From assembly GCA_964439905.1 (NCBI GenBank), contig CAYTPK010000007.1:68539-132538 (forward strand): a DNA stretch of 64,000 bases, read 5' to 3'. Source of the DNA: an uncultured Dehalococcoidia bacterium (lineage in GTDB: Bacteria > Chloroflexota > Dehalococcoidia > Lucifugimonadales > GCA-2712585). This document shows, in pieces, positions 50,205 to 60,173 of the stretch. The position numbers and the translations under genes were made by a program. The stretch's first letter is position 1. Each line of letters opens with the position of its first letter. The notes beneath the pieces are model-generated. The model worked only from the letters and a program-made list of their open reading frames with translations, was not told the origin of the DNA and did not search any database.

Positions 50205-51484
50205 TGATCGTGTGGCCCAGCAATACCGGCGATTACTTTGGCTTGAATCCTCTTTATTTTAACCCCCGACATCTCAATTATAGAAAGACGCAGAGTTTCA
50301 TAGTCTAAGTAATCGCCCTCTTCTGGAATATGGCCGAGTTGTTCAAGTATAAAGCCTGCAAGTGTCTGATAGTTTCCTTCGGGAAAGTGTGTAGAAAGAA
50401 GATCAGTAGCGTCCGATACACTAATAGTTGGGTCCACCAAAAACGTTACTTCGTCTACGGTTACAAATGGTTCCTCAGTAGGATCTCCGTCTTCCACGAC
50501 CGGCCCAACTATTACTTCTAATAGTTGTTTCAGGGTTATCAAGCCTGCGATACCGCCATATTCGTCTACTACCATCACGAGCGATATACCTTGTGTTCGC
50601 AATTCAGAAAAAAGTGCGCCCACTCCTTTCGATTCAGGTATAAAATTAACATTTCTGAGTAGAGTAGTTACGCTGTCCGTTTCCTCTAACCGGTCTTTTG
50701 ATAGTGCTTGAACGATGTCTTTAACCGACAAAAGTCCTATCACATTATCAACCGTATCTTGGAAAACAGGAAATCGGGTATGGGGGTTTTTGTCGTATAT
50801 CTTCAGAAATTCCGATAGGGTAGTGTCTTTCTCAATCCAGATGAGCTCGGGCCGTGGTGTCATTATCTCAGAGACTCTTAGGTCCCCGAAATGGAAGATT
50901 TTTTCGAGCATGTCAGCTTCTTCTACATCAACCACACCCTCTTCTTTTCCTAACAATATTAGGGATCTGATTTCCTGTTCTGATACCAATGCGTGTGATG
51001 AAGCGCCGCCACCGATTATGGAAATTATTCGCATTAAGTATTGTAAGATTTTAGTAAATGGAAAAAGAAGGATCTCGACTAAATGGAGAGGTTTTACGAC
51101 AAAAAAAGCGACTTTTTCTGAGTTGCGTGCGGCGAAACCTTTAGGTAGCAACTCGCTAAATACCAACAGGAGAACTGTCACTGTAATGGTAGAAACCAGG
51201 ATTGACATGTTCGTGTTATCCATCCATTTAATTACCAGAGCTGTTCCTAATGCAGCTACAGCAGTGTTAACTAGATTATTTCCTAAGAGGACTGTGGAAA
51301 GGAAACGCTCGTAATCGAGTGACATGTCCAAGACCTTTTGGGCACCAGTTATTCTCGTTTTTACAAGATGTACTATCCGGACCCGCTGGAGCCCTATGAA
51401 AGCTGTCTCCGATGCGGAAAAGAATGCGGAGAGGATCAGAAACAAAACGAGCAGGCCGATATTTATTAAGTCACTGTTATCCAT
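50201..51484 (-). CDS. CNNM/DUF21-CBS-CorC family transporter-associated protein (hemolysin-like)
   Basis: N-terminal 4-TM DUF21 region, a tandem CBS pair, and a C-terminal CorC_HlyC-like domain (TLAGFILEQLGHIPEEGD). Confidence 0.9.
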   Translation of the reverse strand: MDNSDLINIGLLVLFLILSAFFSASETAFIGLQRVRIVHLVKTRITGAQKVLDMSLDYERFLSTVLLGNNLVNTAVAALGTALVIKWMDNTNMSILVSTITVTVLLLVFSELLPKGFAARNSEKVAFFVVKPLHLVEILLFPFTKILQYLMRIISIIGGGASSHALVSEQEIRSLILLGKEEGVVDVEEADMLEKIFHFGDLRVSEIMTPRPELIWIEKDTTLSEFLKIYDKNPHTRFPVFQDTVDNVIGLLSVKDIVQALSKDRLEETDSVTTLLRNVNFIPESKGVGALFSELRTQGISLVMVVDEYGGIAGLITLKQLLEVIVGPVVEDGDPTEEPFVTVDEVTFLVDPTISVSDATDLLSTHFPEGNYQTLAGFILEQLGHIPEEGDYLDYETLRLSIIEMSGVKIKRIQAKVIAGIAGPHDH

Positions 51485-51604
51485 TGAGTCATTAACATTT
51501 TGTTTTGAGAACTAGTCGATGATAGCAAAGCGTTGGCCGTACTGCAAAGATTGAAAAGATCACTAACCTTTTTTATATGAGTTAACATCTTTATACTAAG
51601 TCGC

Positions 51605-52630
51605 ATGAATATTCTAGGGATCGAGACGTCATGCGACGAGACAGCAGTTGCAGTTGTAAAAGATGGGAAAGAAGTGTTGTCCAATGTAATTGCATCTCAA
51701 ATAGAGATTCATCGGCGATTTGGAGGCGTTGTTCCGGAAGTTGCCTCCAGACAACACGTGCTCCAAATCACCTCTACTATAAGTGAAGCAGTAGAGAGAT
51801 CAGGGATTTCTTTAGATGAAATTGAGGCGATTGCAGTGACCCACGGACCGGGCCTTGCAGGGGCCTTGTTAGTTGGATTGAATACTGCAAAAGCCTTATC
51901 GTGGGCTTTAGGTGTTCCTCTGGTGGGGGTAAATCACCTAGAAGGCCATGTTTATGCTACTTGGTTGGAAGGTACGAATCCAGATTTAGATCCGGGTTTC
52001 CCACTATTATGCTTGATCGCTTCAGGTGGACATACAGATCTTATTCTGATGAAAGGCCATGGGGACTATCAATTGCTTGGCAGGACTAGAGATGATGCGG
52101 CTGGAGAGGCCTTTGATAAGGCTGCCAGAATATTGGGGCTGGGTTTTCCTGGAGGGCCCGAGATACAAAGAGTTGCGGGCGATACTAGACCGAAACAAAA
52201 ACTCCCAAGAGCGTGGCTTAAGGGGACACATGATTTTAGTTTCAGTGGTATCAAAACAGCACTTCTTCACAGGGCTCAATTAGAAGGAGTGTATCCGGCT
52301 GATACCATGAACCCTGGAGACAAGCATAAAATAATTGAAGAGATTGCGGCTGCTTTCCAGGATTCTGTTGTTGACGTAATAGTTACGAAAACCCTCAAAG
52401 CAGCTCTGGAATATAAAGTGAATGGAGTAATATTAGGAGGCGGTGTAACAGCTAATCTTCTGTTACGAACCGTCATGCAAAAACGGTCAGGTATTGCTAT
52501 GTTTATTCCGAGTCCTAAGCTGTGTACGGATAATGGTGCTATGATTGGTGCCTGTGGCTATTTCAGTTTGAGTAGAGGGCATATGTCTACTACAGACTTG
52601 GATATCGTTCCAGCCCTTTCCTTAGGATAA
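51605..52630 (+). CDS. tsaD: tRNA N6-adenosine threonylcarbamoyltransferase
   Basis: [21 protein letters not shown] and SGGHT motifs. Confidence 0.95.
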   Translation: MNILGIETSCDETAVAVVKDGKEVLSNVIASQIEIHRRFGGVVPEVASRQHVLQITSTISEAVERSGISLDEIEAIAVTHGPGLAGALLVGLNTAKALSWALGVPLVGVNHLEGHVYATWLEGTNPDLDPGFPLLCLIASGGHTDLILMKGHGDYQLLGRTRDDAAGEAFDKAARILGLGFPGGPEIQRVAGDTRPKQKLPRAWLKGTHDFSFSGIKTALLHRAQLEGVYPADTMNPGDKHKIIEEIAAAFQDSVVDVIVTKTLKAALEYKVNGVILGGGVTANLLLRTVMQKRSGIAMFIPSPKLCTDNGAMIGACGYFSLSRGHMSTTDLDIVPALSLG

Positions 52631-52672
52631 AAGAAATACCGCGGGGTTATAGTAACTCATTCAACTCTATTC

Positions 52673-53257
52673 TTAGCGGTAGAGGTTGGCTTTAGTTCTT
52701 AGCACAATGTTAATAAACTCTGGAATTTGGTCACCAGATTGTTTGTTCGTGCAGGTCAGCTTTAGAAATGTTGACCCAGCGTTTATAACAAGGTTTTGGT
52801 CTTCTCCTTGAGAGGATTGTGCCAATTCGAATCTGTGGATGATGTATCTTCCTACCAACATAAGGCCTAGTAAACTGAGTGCGATTCCTATAGTGATAGC
52901 CATAGTCAGACTATCGCTGTTATAACCTAAAACCAAATAAGATAAGATGCCGCCGAATATAAAAGATAGTCCTTGATATAATGATTTCGGGTTCCTGATC
53001 TTCTTATGTAATAATTCTGAATTCTTAGAGTTATCGCTTCTTTCTCTACTACAGCTATCTATCTTATCCAATGGTACGACAGAAAACTCTGACCCCTGAT
53101 TTGGTTCCGGAAACCATAGTAGTCTATGTGTTGTGAGTACGAGAAGTGCGTTATGGGTAGTGTCAGCAGATGTCATACCCTGAGCTGGATCAAACATTTG
53201 CACGGTTTTTTCATCCGCCAGAAAAGTTATGTTTCTAATGGTTATTGGTAGATTCAT
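52673..53257 (-). CDS. Hypothetical membrane protein with PH/GRAM-like N-terminal region
   Basis: 194 aa. The N-terminal segment ALLVLTTHRLLWFPEP resembles bacterial PH-like domains. Two hydrophobic helices follow (LSFIFGGILSYLVLG and ITIGIALSLLGLMLVG). It lies 47 nt downstream of the cysS fusion on the same strand. Confidence 0.5.
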   Translation of the reverse strand: MNLPITIRNITFLADEKTVQMFDPAQGMTSADTTHNALLVLTTHRLLWFPEPNQGSEFSVVPLDKIDSCSRERSDNSKNSELLHKKIRNPKSLYQGLSFIFGGILSYLVLGYNSDSLTMAITIGIALSLLGLMLVGRYIIHRFELAQSSQGEDQNLVINAGSTFLKLTCTNKQSGDQIPEFINIVLRTKANLYR

Positions 53258-53304
53258 TTGTCTGATTAGTCTGATCGTTTGAAGTTAAGTTTATCATAAA
53301 CATC

Positions 53305-55482
53305 TCAGATGCTTCTTGATACCAGCAAATCAGTCCTGTTCTTCCAACGGACCAAGAAACGCTTGAAGTTTTTTTTGCTGAGTTCGTCCCTATCCGCTTC
53401 GAGTAGACTTTCCCACTGTCTATGTGTGTGTCTTAACATTGGCAATGAGCCATCGGCTAGTATTTTATATCCGTGGTTTTTAATTTGGAAACTGAAATCA
53501 ATGTCTAGTATTCGGTAGAATCTGAAGCATTCTCTCATAAGACCAACCTTTAGCAGGATATCCCTCCTAAAGGCAAAACAATATCCCTGAAGAGCGTCGA
53601 TCTCTCCGAATTCAGCTTCCTCGTGAAAGTGGTTTAAATTTTCTGATAAAAGTCCCCACGTTCCTATTGCACCCACTCTTGTATCCTCCAGGTGTGTCTC
53701 AATTTTTCCTAGGACATCGCCTTCTAGTTCTACAGATGTGTCCAGCATCAAGATTATGCGGCCCAAACTTTGTTTTAGGCCTATGTTTTTTGCTTGTGCG
53801 TCGCCCAGTTGATGATCACAATGTATGACCCTGATGTCGGAGTGTGTCTTCTGCAACTCTGCCAATTTCTCAGACGTACCATCGGTAGAGCCATTATCGA
53901 CAACGATTATTTCCAAATTGTATCCAGGGCAACGGGACAGGATACTGTTAATGCATCGTTCTACGTCTCGATAGTAGTCGTTTGCAATCAAAATAAGCGA
54001 AAAACTTTTTGTTGAAGCATGCGATAGGAATGATTCTACCTCTCGAGAAGATGAAACAGTTGACCAGCTTTCTTCTCGACGTTCTAGGCCTGTCTTTTTG
54101 CGGAAATACGTACCCGCTGTGGTGTCTCTAACGAGTAGACCGCTTTCCGATAGATCTGCCCTAATTGCGTCAGAAGTTTTAAACCGTTTACTTTTCCTGA
54201 GATCCTGTCTCTTTGACAACTTTTCTTGTTTGTCTTTTGTCAATTTTTCGGTATGAACATATTTATTCAAGTTTAGACCTAAAAGTTCGTCGAAAGCTAA
54301 TAATAGTTGTAGTTTGGTGTGATCTGGGAGGTTCGATGATACGAGGGCCCAAACGATTCCAAGCCCTTGTGCTAGGTTTAAATCGTTGTTTGTAGCATCC
54401 CAGAACTTGGTTTCCCAGAGGGATGCCGATGGGGGGTTGGTTTGAGAAATGTGGGCAGTTTGGTTCCAATATGCTACTAGATCTCTCAAGCGAGTCAGTG
54501 CTTTTTGCGAGGCCTTAAGGGCCGAAAACGTAAAGTTGAGACGATTACGGTACTTTACAGTTAGACAAAGATAACGGAACGCTAAAGGATCGAACCCTCT
54601 AGATTCCAGATCGGATACTGTGAATTCATTCCCAGCTGATTTAGCCATTTTTACCCCGTCAGCTAAGAGATGTTGTCCGTGGATCCAATAATTTACGTAG
54701 GGTTTCCCGAATGCAGCTTCACTTTGCGCGACTTCGTCTTCGTGGTGAGGAAATATATTATCAACGCCACCGGTGTGGATGTCCTGCGCCGGCCCAATAT
54801 ATTTATTGGACATAGCTGAGCATTCTATGTGCCAGCCGGGGAAGCCGTATCCCCATGGGCTGTCCCACTTCATATCTCTTCCTGGTTCGGCCTTCTTCCA
54901 TAAAGCGAAGTCTCGCGGATCGTTTTTGTTTGGGTCGCCTTCTAAGAGAGTTATGGTCTGGGCTTCGTCTATGGATGTGTTACCAGATAGCTGACCGTAT
55001 TTATTAAACGCAGGAACGTTAAAGTAGACGTTACCATCTACTTCATACGCATGTCTTCGTTTGAGCAACTGTTGAATTATCTCGATAATCTCCGGGATAT
55101 GATCGGTTGCCCGAGGGAAATGGCTTGCTGGTAAAATATTTATTTTGGTCTCGTCTTTTAGGAAGGCCTGAGTGTAGTAATCAGCAATGTCTTTGGGGGT
55201 TTTTCCCTCTGCTAGGGCGGCAAGAACGACCTTATCCCCCCCAGTCTCTAGTTGCTCTTGTCGCATATGCCCAACATCGGTGATATTTTTTACGTGGGTA
55301 ACTTCAAAACCCTGTAGTGTCAGGGATCTACGGATCCAGTCCGCCATAAGATAAGACCTTAGGTTTCCGATATGGGCGTATCGATAAACGGTAGGTCCGC
55401 AAGTGTAGAGTCCTACAACCCCTTTGCCGATGGGTTGGAATAGCTCTACTTTCTTGTTAAGGGTATTATATATCCTCAGCAA
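53305..55482 (-). CDS. cysS: Cysteine--tRNA ligase fused to a C-terminal family-2 glycosyltransferase domain
   Basis: Residues ~20-485 form a complete CysRS. They include the HIGN (HIGH) and KMAKS (KMSKS) motifs, the zinc ligand contexts CGPT, HIEC and HHEDE, and the anticodon-binding and C-terminal DAIRADL...GTYF region. Residues ~511-744 are GT2-like (IIVVDNGSTDGT, LMLDTS). The frame is uninterrupted. Start placed at TTG 55482 with GGAGG 8 nt upstream. The tracked ORF begins at 55539. Confidence 0.9.
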   Translation of the reverse strand: MLRIYNTLNKKVELFQPIGKGVVGLYTCGPTVYRYAHIGNLRSYLMADWIRRSLTLQGFEVTHVKNITDVGHMRQEQLETGGDKVVLAALAEGKTPKDIADYYTQAFLKDETKINILPASHFPRATDHIPEIIEIIQQLLKRRHAYEVDGNVYFNVPAFNKYGQLSGNTSIDEAQTITLLEGDPNKNDPRDFALWKKAEPGRDMKWDSPWGYGFPGWHIECSAMSNKYIGPAQDIHTGGVDNIFPHHEDEVAQSEAAFGKPYVNYWIHGQHLLADGVKMAKSAGNEFTVSDLESRGFDPLAFRYLCLTVKYRNRLNFTFSALKASQKALTRLRDLVAYWNQTAHISQTNPPSASLWETKFWDATNNDLNLAQGLGIVWALVSSNLPDHTKLQLLLAFDELLGLNLNKYVHTEKLTKDKQEKLSKRQDLRKSKRFKTSDAIRADLSESGLLVRDTTAGTYFRKKTGLERREESWSTVSSSREVESFLSHASTKSFSLILIANDYYRDVERCINSILSRCPGYNLEIIVVDNGSTDGTSEKLAELQKTHSDIRVIHCDHQLGDAQAKNIGLKQSLGRIILMLDTSVELEGDVLGKIETHLEDTRVGAIGTWGLLSENLNHFHEEAEFGEIDALQGYCFAFRRDILLKVGLMRECFRFYRILDIDFSFQIKNHGYKILADGSLPMLRHTHRQWESLLEADRDELSKKNFKRFLVRWKNRTDLLVSRSI

Positions 55483-55627
55483 GGATAGGACCTCCAGTTC
55501 CAATAATAGAATTTTAACAAGGTTGCATGTTAATTGCACCTAGACCTATCGAGATGTCTTCTATGTTCACTGTTGACATAGATTAGAAATGGTCCATACA
55601 ATCCGGTAAGTTTTTTAGAGGTCGTTT

Positions 55628-56323
55628 ATGGCAGCATGTGTACTTATAGATCTCCAGGAAGTTGATCTCAAAATCGAAGAAATAGTCAAGCGTTTGAGAC
55701 TCGCCGACAGGGCGTACGGTAATCGGGACTCTTTGACAAAGAGAGAGAAGCAACTTCAGCTCGTTCAAAGTAAAGTTAATATAGAACGTACCAACCATCA
55801 AGATGCAACTCTAATCTTAGATAGCACCCGTACGAAGATTACTGAGGTAGAGACCAAGCTTTATGGGGGAAATGTACGAGATCACAGGGAACTTCAGGAC
55901 CTTGATAAAGAACTGAGCTTTTTAAAAAGGGATGTAGAGATTCAGGAATACCAAGCCCTTGAGTTGCTTGATGTTTTGGAAAAAACTCAGCAACTGTTCT
56001 CCAAACTCGCGAAGGTACTTCAGAAAGATAATGTTAACTGGGGCTTAATGCAAAAACGCTTGGTCGTAGAAAAGGAAAGATTGTCCACCGAACTAAGTAA
56101 ACTAAAAAACTACCGAGATGTGGTGGCTAAAGACATATCAATGCCTGCTTTAACAATGTATGAAAGACTACGAATTCCCAAGGCGGGAAGACCTGTTTCT
56201 AAAATACAGCGAGGTATGTGTACGACTTGTCATGTATCAGTTCCTACTCAGCTCGAACAAAAAGTCAAACAGGGCAGACAAGATCTTACCTGCAATAATT
56301 GTGGAAGAATGTTGGCAACGTGA
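55628..56323 (+). CDS. Zinc-ribbon coiled-coil protein (COG1579-like)
   Basis: Long coiled coil followed by CTTCHVSV...CNNCGRML, a C4 zinc ribbon. Confidence 0.75.
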   Translation: MAACVLIDLQEVDLKIEEIVKRLRLADRAYGNRDSLTKREKQLQLVQSKVNIERTNHQDATLILDSTRTKITEVETKLYGGNVRDHRELQDLDKELSFLKRDVEIQEYQALELLDVLEKTQQLFSKLAKVLQKDNVNWGLMQKRLVVEKERLSTELSKLKNYRDVVAKDISMPALTMYERLRIPKAGRPVSKIQRGMCTTCHVSVPTQLEQKVKQGRQDLTCNNCGRMLAT

Positions 56324-56392
56324 TGATGGGTCGAATTTATGAATTAAGATTTATGCTTTTTTCAAACCCGTAGTCATGCTAAAGTTTAGAAC

Positions 56393-56819
56393 GAGAGTCG
56401 AGTGGTCTGGGTGGCCGCCTTTGAACACTTCAATGTGATTCTAGGGAGGAAAGTCCGGGCTCCATTGGGCAGGGTGCTGGGTAACTCCCAGGATTTTAGC
56501 GATAAGCGCTAGAATACGGATAGTGACACAGAAACATACCGCCGTTACACTGCGGCAAGGGTGAAATCGCGAGGTAAGAGCTCACGGCTAGTAGTGGTGA
56601 CACACTAGTGGTTAAACCCCACCTGGAGCAAGGCCGAATAGAGGGATAATAGTAGCCCAAACTATCCCTGGGTTGGCTGCATGACCCCGATGGTAACATC
56701 GTTCTTGGATAACCAAGGACTTCGTTGAATTACGAATGGGCAAGATAGATGGTCACCGTCTTGGTTAGTTGTAATCTAATCAAGTTACAGAACCCGGCTT
56801 ATAGGTCCACTTGACTCTC
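56393..56819 (+). ncRNA. rnpB: RNase P RNA, bacterial type A
   Basis: Universal P4 strand GGAGGAAAGUCCGGGCUCC, then CAAGGGUGAAA...GGUAAGAGC and ACAGAACCCGGCUUAU. The 5' GAGAGUCGAGUGG pairs with the 3' CCACUUGACUCUC to form P1. Confidence 0.93.
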
Positions 56820-56844
56820 GCTAAGTACCAGGATTGGATGGCGA

Positions 56845-57573
56845 TCATGAGTTCCGAGTTTCAGCGGCGTGTCTGGTTTGTATTATGTGATCTTCGACGT
56901 CTGATAGGTCTTTGAGGCTATCTACGCTTTTACAGAATTGAGAGGTTTTGATAGCACCTAGCCGTCCCTCTTGGGCAAGCTTGGGAAAAGTTTCTACCTC
57001 GTGATCACCTATCTGGGGAAGTTCTTCTAGGATGTATTGGTTTAGGGCAAAAACCCCGGCATTGATCCAGTAAGGTAATTCGGGTTTCTCTGAGAAACCA
57101 GACACGTTGCATTTTGAATCTACTTCCACGATTCCATAGGAACTTTGATACCTCCGGATTAGTAATGTGCCCGCGTGGTTGGGGTTTTGGGTTTTGGATG
57201 ATTTATATCTGTCGATTAACTTAACTAGATTGAAGTCTGAATAAACATCTCCATTAAAAACAATTACAGGTTCGTCGGAGAAAGGCAGGACTGAAAGGGC
57301 CTTTCTAATTGCCCCTCCTCGTCCAAGAGGAGACGTTTCGACACTGTAGGTAATGTTTATACCGAAAGCCCTGCCGTCTCCAAAATATTGTTCTATTGCA
57401 GATGATAGATATCCTGACAGAAAAATTACATCCGTTATACCTGCAGATATTGACTGCTGGACTTGGTAATATGCGATGGGTTTGCCTGCCACATGAAGCA
57501 TGGGTTTGGGAGTGTTATCGGTTAGTGGCCTCAACCGTTCGCCTCTGCCTCCTGCGATAATCATAGAATACAA
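56845..57573 (-). CDS. Sugar-1-phosphate nucleotidyltransferase (NTP-transferase family)
   Basis: MIIAGGRGERLRPLTDNTPKPML, the G-x-G-x-R-L signature. Confidence 0.85.
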   Translation of the reverse strand: MYSMIIAGGRGERLRPLTDNTPKPMLHVAGKPIAYYQVQQSISAGITDVIFLSGYLSSAIEQYFGDGRAFGINITYSVETSPLGRGGAIRKALSVLPFSDEPVIVFNGDVYSDFNLVKLIDRYKSSKTQNPNHAGTLLIRRYQSSYGIVEVDSKCNVSGFSEKPELPYWINAGVFALNQYILEELPQIGDHEVETFPKLAQEGRLGAIKTSQFCKSVDSLKDLSDVEDHIIQTRHAAETRNS

Positions 57574-57684
57574 TTTGTGCTCCTATTAGTTGTCAGCCGA
57601 ATTCAACATTGGAAATAACATTGATACCACCTCAGTTTACAGAAAGGAATTTTTGATGCCAAGGACAAAAGTTAAAAGAAATAG

Positions 57685-58419
57685 CTAGTGTAAGGCCGAA
57701 TCATGTTCAGTAGTCTGCTGAAATGTTCTGACTATATCGAAAATATCGAACAGATTATGTAGTGTTACGATAGGAATATTTTCTTGTAAAGCAGTGTTGC
57801 GTAAAGTAATTCTTGTTTTACCACGTACGTATATTCCCGTGTCTGCTAGGATAAAAGATATCTTTGCTCTTCGGGCAGCTTCAAGATCATGTGTCGAGTC
57901 TCCTGCAAAGATAACTTCATTTGATTTTACCTCGATCTGTTTCAGCATTAGCAATAAAATCTCAGGGTTTGGTTTGGGATGCGTCACATCGTCGGCCGTG
58001 ATAATAGCGTCAAAATAATGGTCAAGTTCATGATGTGATAGGACGGCTTGTGCTACTGAATTGCTACTCATCGTGGCAAGCCCAATAAGATACCCATGTG
58101 ACTTCAGAGCTATCAGTAATCTGCTAATGTTTGGAAGTAAGCGTACTTGTGTCGTGTATTTGACTTGTAAATTATTCTTGATTTGTATGGCCTTGGTTAA
58201 ACTAGCACAGGTTTTGTCCGGTCCTAGACATTTGCTCATAAAGTGCTTTAGAAGGCTTGCTGATCCTCCTCCGAACTGTTTACGTATGTTGTCTATTGGT
58301 ACTTGGACCCCAAACTGGGCCAGCGATTCAGCTGTGGCAGATAGTGCTGCCATTTGGCTGTCTACTAACATGCCATCTAGGTCAAATAATACCGCTTTGA
58401 TCTTGTTTGCCATTATCAT
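57685..58419 (-). CDS. HAD-IA hydrolase (phosphoglycolate phosphatase / beta-phosphoglucomutase-like)
   Basis: AVLFDLDGMLVDS motif I and AGDSTHDLEAA motif IV. Confidence 0.85.
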   Translation of the reverse strand: MIMANKIKAVLFDLDGMLVDSQMAALSATAESLAQFGVQVPIDNIRKQFGGGSASLLKHFMSKCLGPDKTCASLTKAIQIKNNLQVKYTTQVRLLPNISRLLIALKSHGYLIGLATMSSNSVAQAVLSHHELDHYFDAIITADDVTHPKPNPEILLLMLKQIEVKSNEVIFAGDSTHDLEAARRAKISFILADTGIYVRGKTRITLRNTALQENIPIVTLHNLFDIFDIVRTFQQTTEHDSALH

Positions 58420-58578
58420 CTCCAGAAAAGTATGAGAAAATTTTCACCCATACAGTTCGAGAAGTTGTTACGATTTCTAAATCTTCAAATTCAGCTTTGC
58501 CTAATGCTCTAGATAATTGCCTTTAAGTACAATGCGACAATTTCACAGGGTGTTAACCGTATGTCTAAAATTGTATAA

Positions 58579-60111
58579 CTAGGTTTGATTAAAGAAATAG
58601 AAGGGATCATCCGAAGTAAAACCCCATTTCTTATAGTAGTCTTCAACATGTGGCAAAAGTGTTCGCGAGACCTCCTTACGTTCGAGTTCCTCTGGGGTAA
58701 GGTCTTTAGAGAGCCAGTGGCTTAACTCGCTCCAGATATGTTGTTTATCAACTCTAGTGAAAATACGATCTTTCATGATAACGTTACCATCGACTATTGT
58801 GGTGTTTACGTCCAATCCTCGGCCTCTGTAGAGTAAGGCATCTACAATGTTAGTCTCTGGATCCAAGTACGGTTTTGTAATGTGGTCGAGGTCTACTAAA
58901 ATAATATCGGCTCGATTTCCTGGGGCTATAATGCCTATATCGTCGAAAAATGTGGCCTTGGATCCGTTAGCAGTCGCCATGTGTAGCACGGTATGAGAGG
59001 TAGGATGAGGTGACGTTATTCCGGGTTCACGATGTATTTTAGAAACTAGGCGCATTTCCTGAAGCATATCCTTATCATCGTTTAGGCCTGCCTCGTCTAT
59101 TCCAATTGCTACAACCACGCCTTTATTGTTCATATGATTTACTGGTGCTATGCCGCTTTTCAATCTCAAATTCGAGCTGGCATTGTGTACTACCATTGTC
59201 CCAGTGTTAGCGATCATATCTATGTCGGACTTAGTTACCCATACACCGTGGGCGCACGACAATTCTTTCCCCAAGAAATCGATTTCAGCAAGGTGAGCCA
59301 AGGGGGTTTTGCCCCAGGTTTTATATCCGTATAATTTTTGGTAGATGGTTTCTTGTAGGTGTATGTGAATACCAGTATTGTGTTTCCTTGCCACTAACTT
59401 TATTTCTTCAAGTAATGAATCTGAACACCATTGGACGTTCCCTGGGCTCAAAAATACGTTGATTCTAGGATCATGACTGAATGTGTTACTTACATCTGAA
59501 AATATTGTGAAATATGCGTCGGGGCTAAGTTGGGAATTTGCGAGACGGACGGATAATTTATCAGCTAAATCTTTTGGTAGCGTAGATAGGAAACGATTAT
59601 CGTCTTCGTACACAAAATGATTTTGATCTCTGTGACTAAAGGAAAATGCTACTCTCATACCAGAATCTTGATATGCCGTTAGTACGTCGCGGGCAGACTC
59701 TTGGAAACTTTGGTTCGAGGGTTTTCTCCAGGTGGCGTGATTGTGCATTACAGTGGTAATGCCATTTTCAATCATATGTAGGGCGCAATACATAGTATCC
59801 AGGTAATTATCGACATCACGATTAGCCAGCCTTATCGCTATCCAAGGTTCTAGTGGTAGATCTATGTTGCCGAGCTGAAATGGGGTAAGTCCAACGTGAT
59901 GGTGTGAGTTTATAAGGCCGGGTAGAACAATTTGGTTTCCGTTTCCTATGACTTCAGCTTTGCCGTATTTTATCCTTAGGTCTTCATATTTGCCTACTTC
60001 AACTATTGAACCGTTTTCTTGGAATATGGCGCCATCGGTAATAATTTCGCTGGACCATTGGTTTATTACTCTTTTGACTACGTACTTGCCTCTAATAATT
60101 GAAGATGGCAT
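58579..60111 (-). CDS. Amidohydrolase-1 family aminohydrolase/chlorohydrolase-like deaminase
   Basis: GLINSHHH metal-binding HxH, HLQE, and IGIDEAGLNDD (the Asp of the TIM-barrel site). 510 aa. Confidence 0.85.
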   Translation of the reverse strand: MPSSIIRGKYVVKRVINQWSSEIITDGAIFQENGSIVEVGKYEDLRIKYGKAEVIGNGNQIVLPGLINSHHHVGLTPFQLGNIDLPLEPWIAIRLANRDVDNYLDTMYCALHMIENGITTVMHNHATWRKPSNQSFQESARDVLTAYQDSGMRVAFSFSHRDQNHFVYEDDNRFLSTLPKDLADKLSVRLANSQLSPDAYFTIFSDVSNTFSHDPRINVFLSPGNVQWCSDSLLEEIKLVARKHNTGIHIHLQETIYQKLYGYKTWGKTPLAHLAEIDFLGKELSCAHGVWVTKSDIDMIANTGTMVVHNASSNLRLKSGIAPVNHMNNKGVVVAIGIDEAGLNDDKDMLQEMRLVSKIHREPGITSPHPTSHTVLHMATANGSKATFFDDIGIIAPGNRADIILVDLDHITKPYLDPETNIVDALLYRGRGLDVNTTIVDGNVIMKDRIFTRVDKQHIWSELSHWLSKDLTPEELERKEVSRTLLPHVEDYYKKWGFTSDDPFYFFNQT

Positions 60112-60173
60112 AGACTGCTCCTCGTCTATAATTTGTTGAAGGTATAGATATTAGTCCCCGAAGCCACTAAGAG

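Noticed and set aside
50715-51314. 199-aa ORF antisense to the CNNM/CorC gene
   Set aside because: It lies entirely inside a gene with strong family motifs on the opposite strand. Its translation is Ser/Thr/Arg-rich and low in complexity, as is typical of shadow frames. It has no ribosome-binding site or recognisable motif.
56496-56699. 67-aa minus-strand ORF
   Set aside because: It falls completely within the RNase P RNA gene on the opposite strand, so it is a chance ORF in a structured RNA locus.
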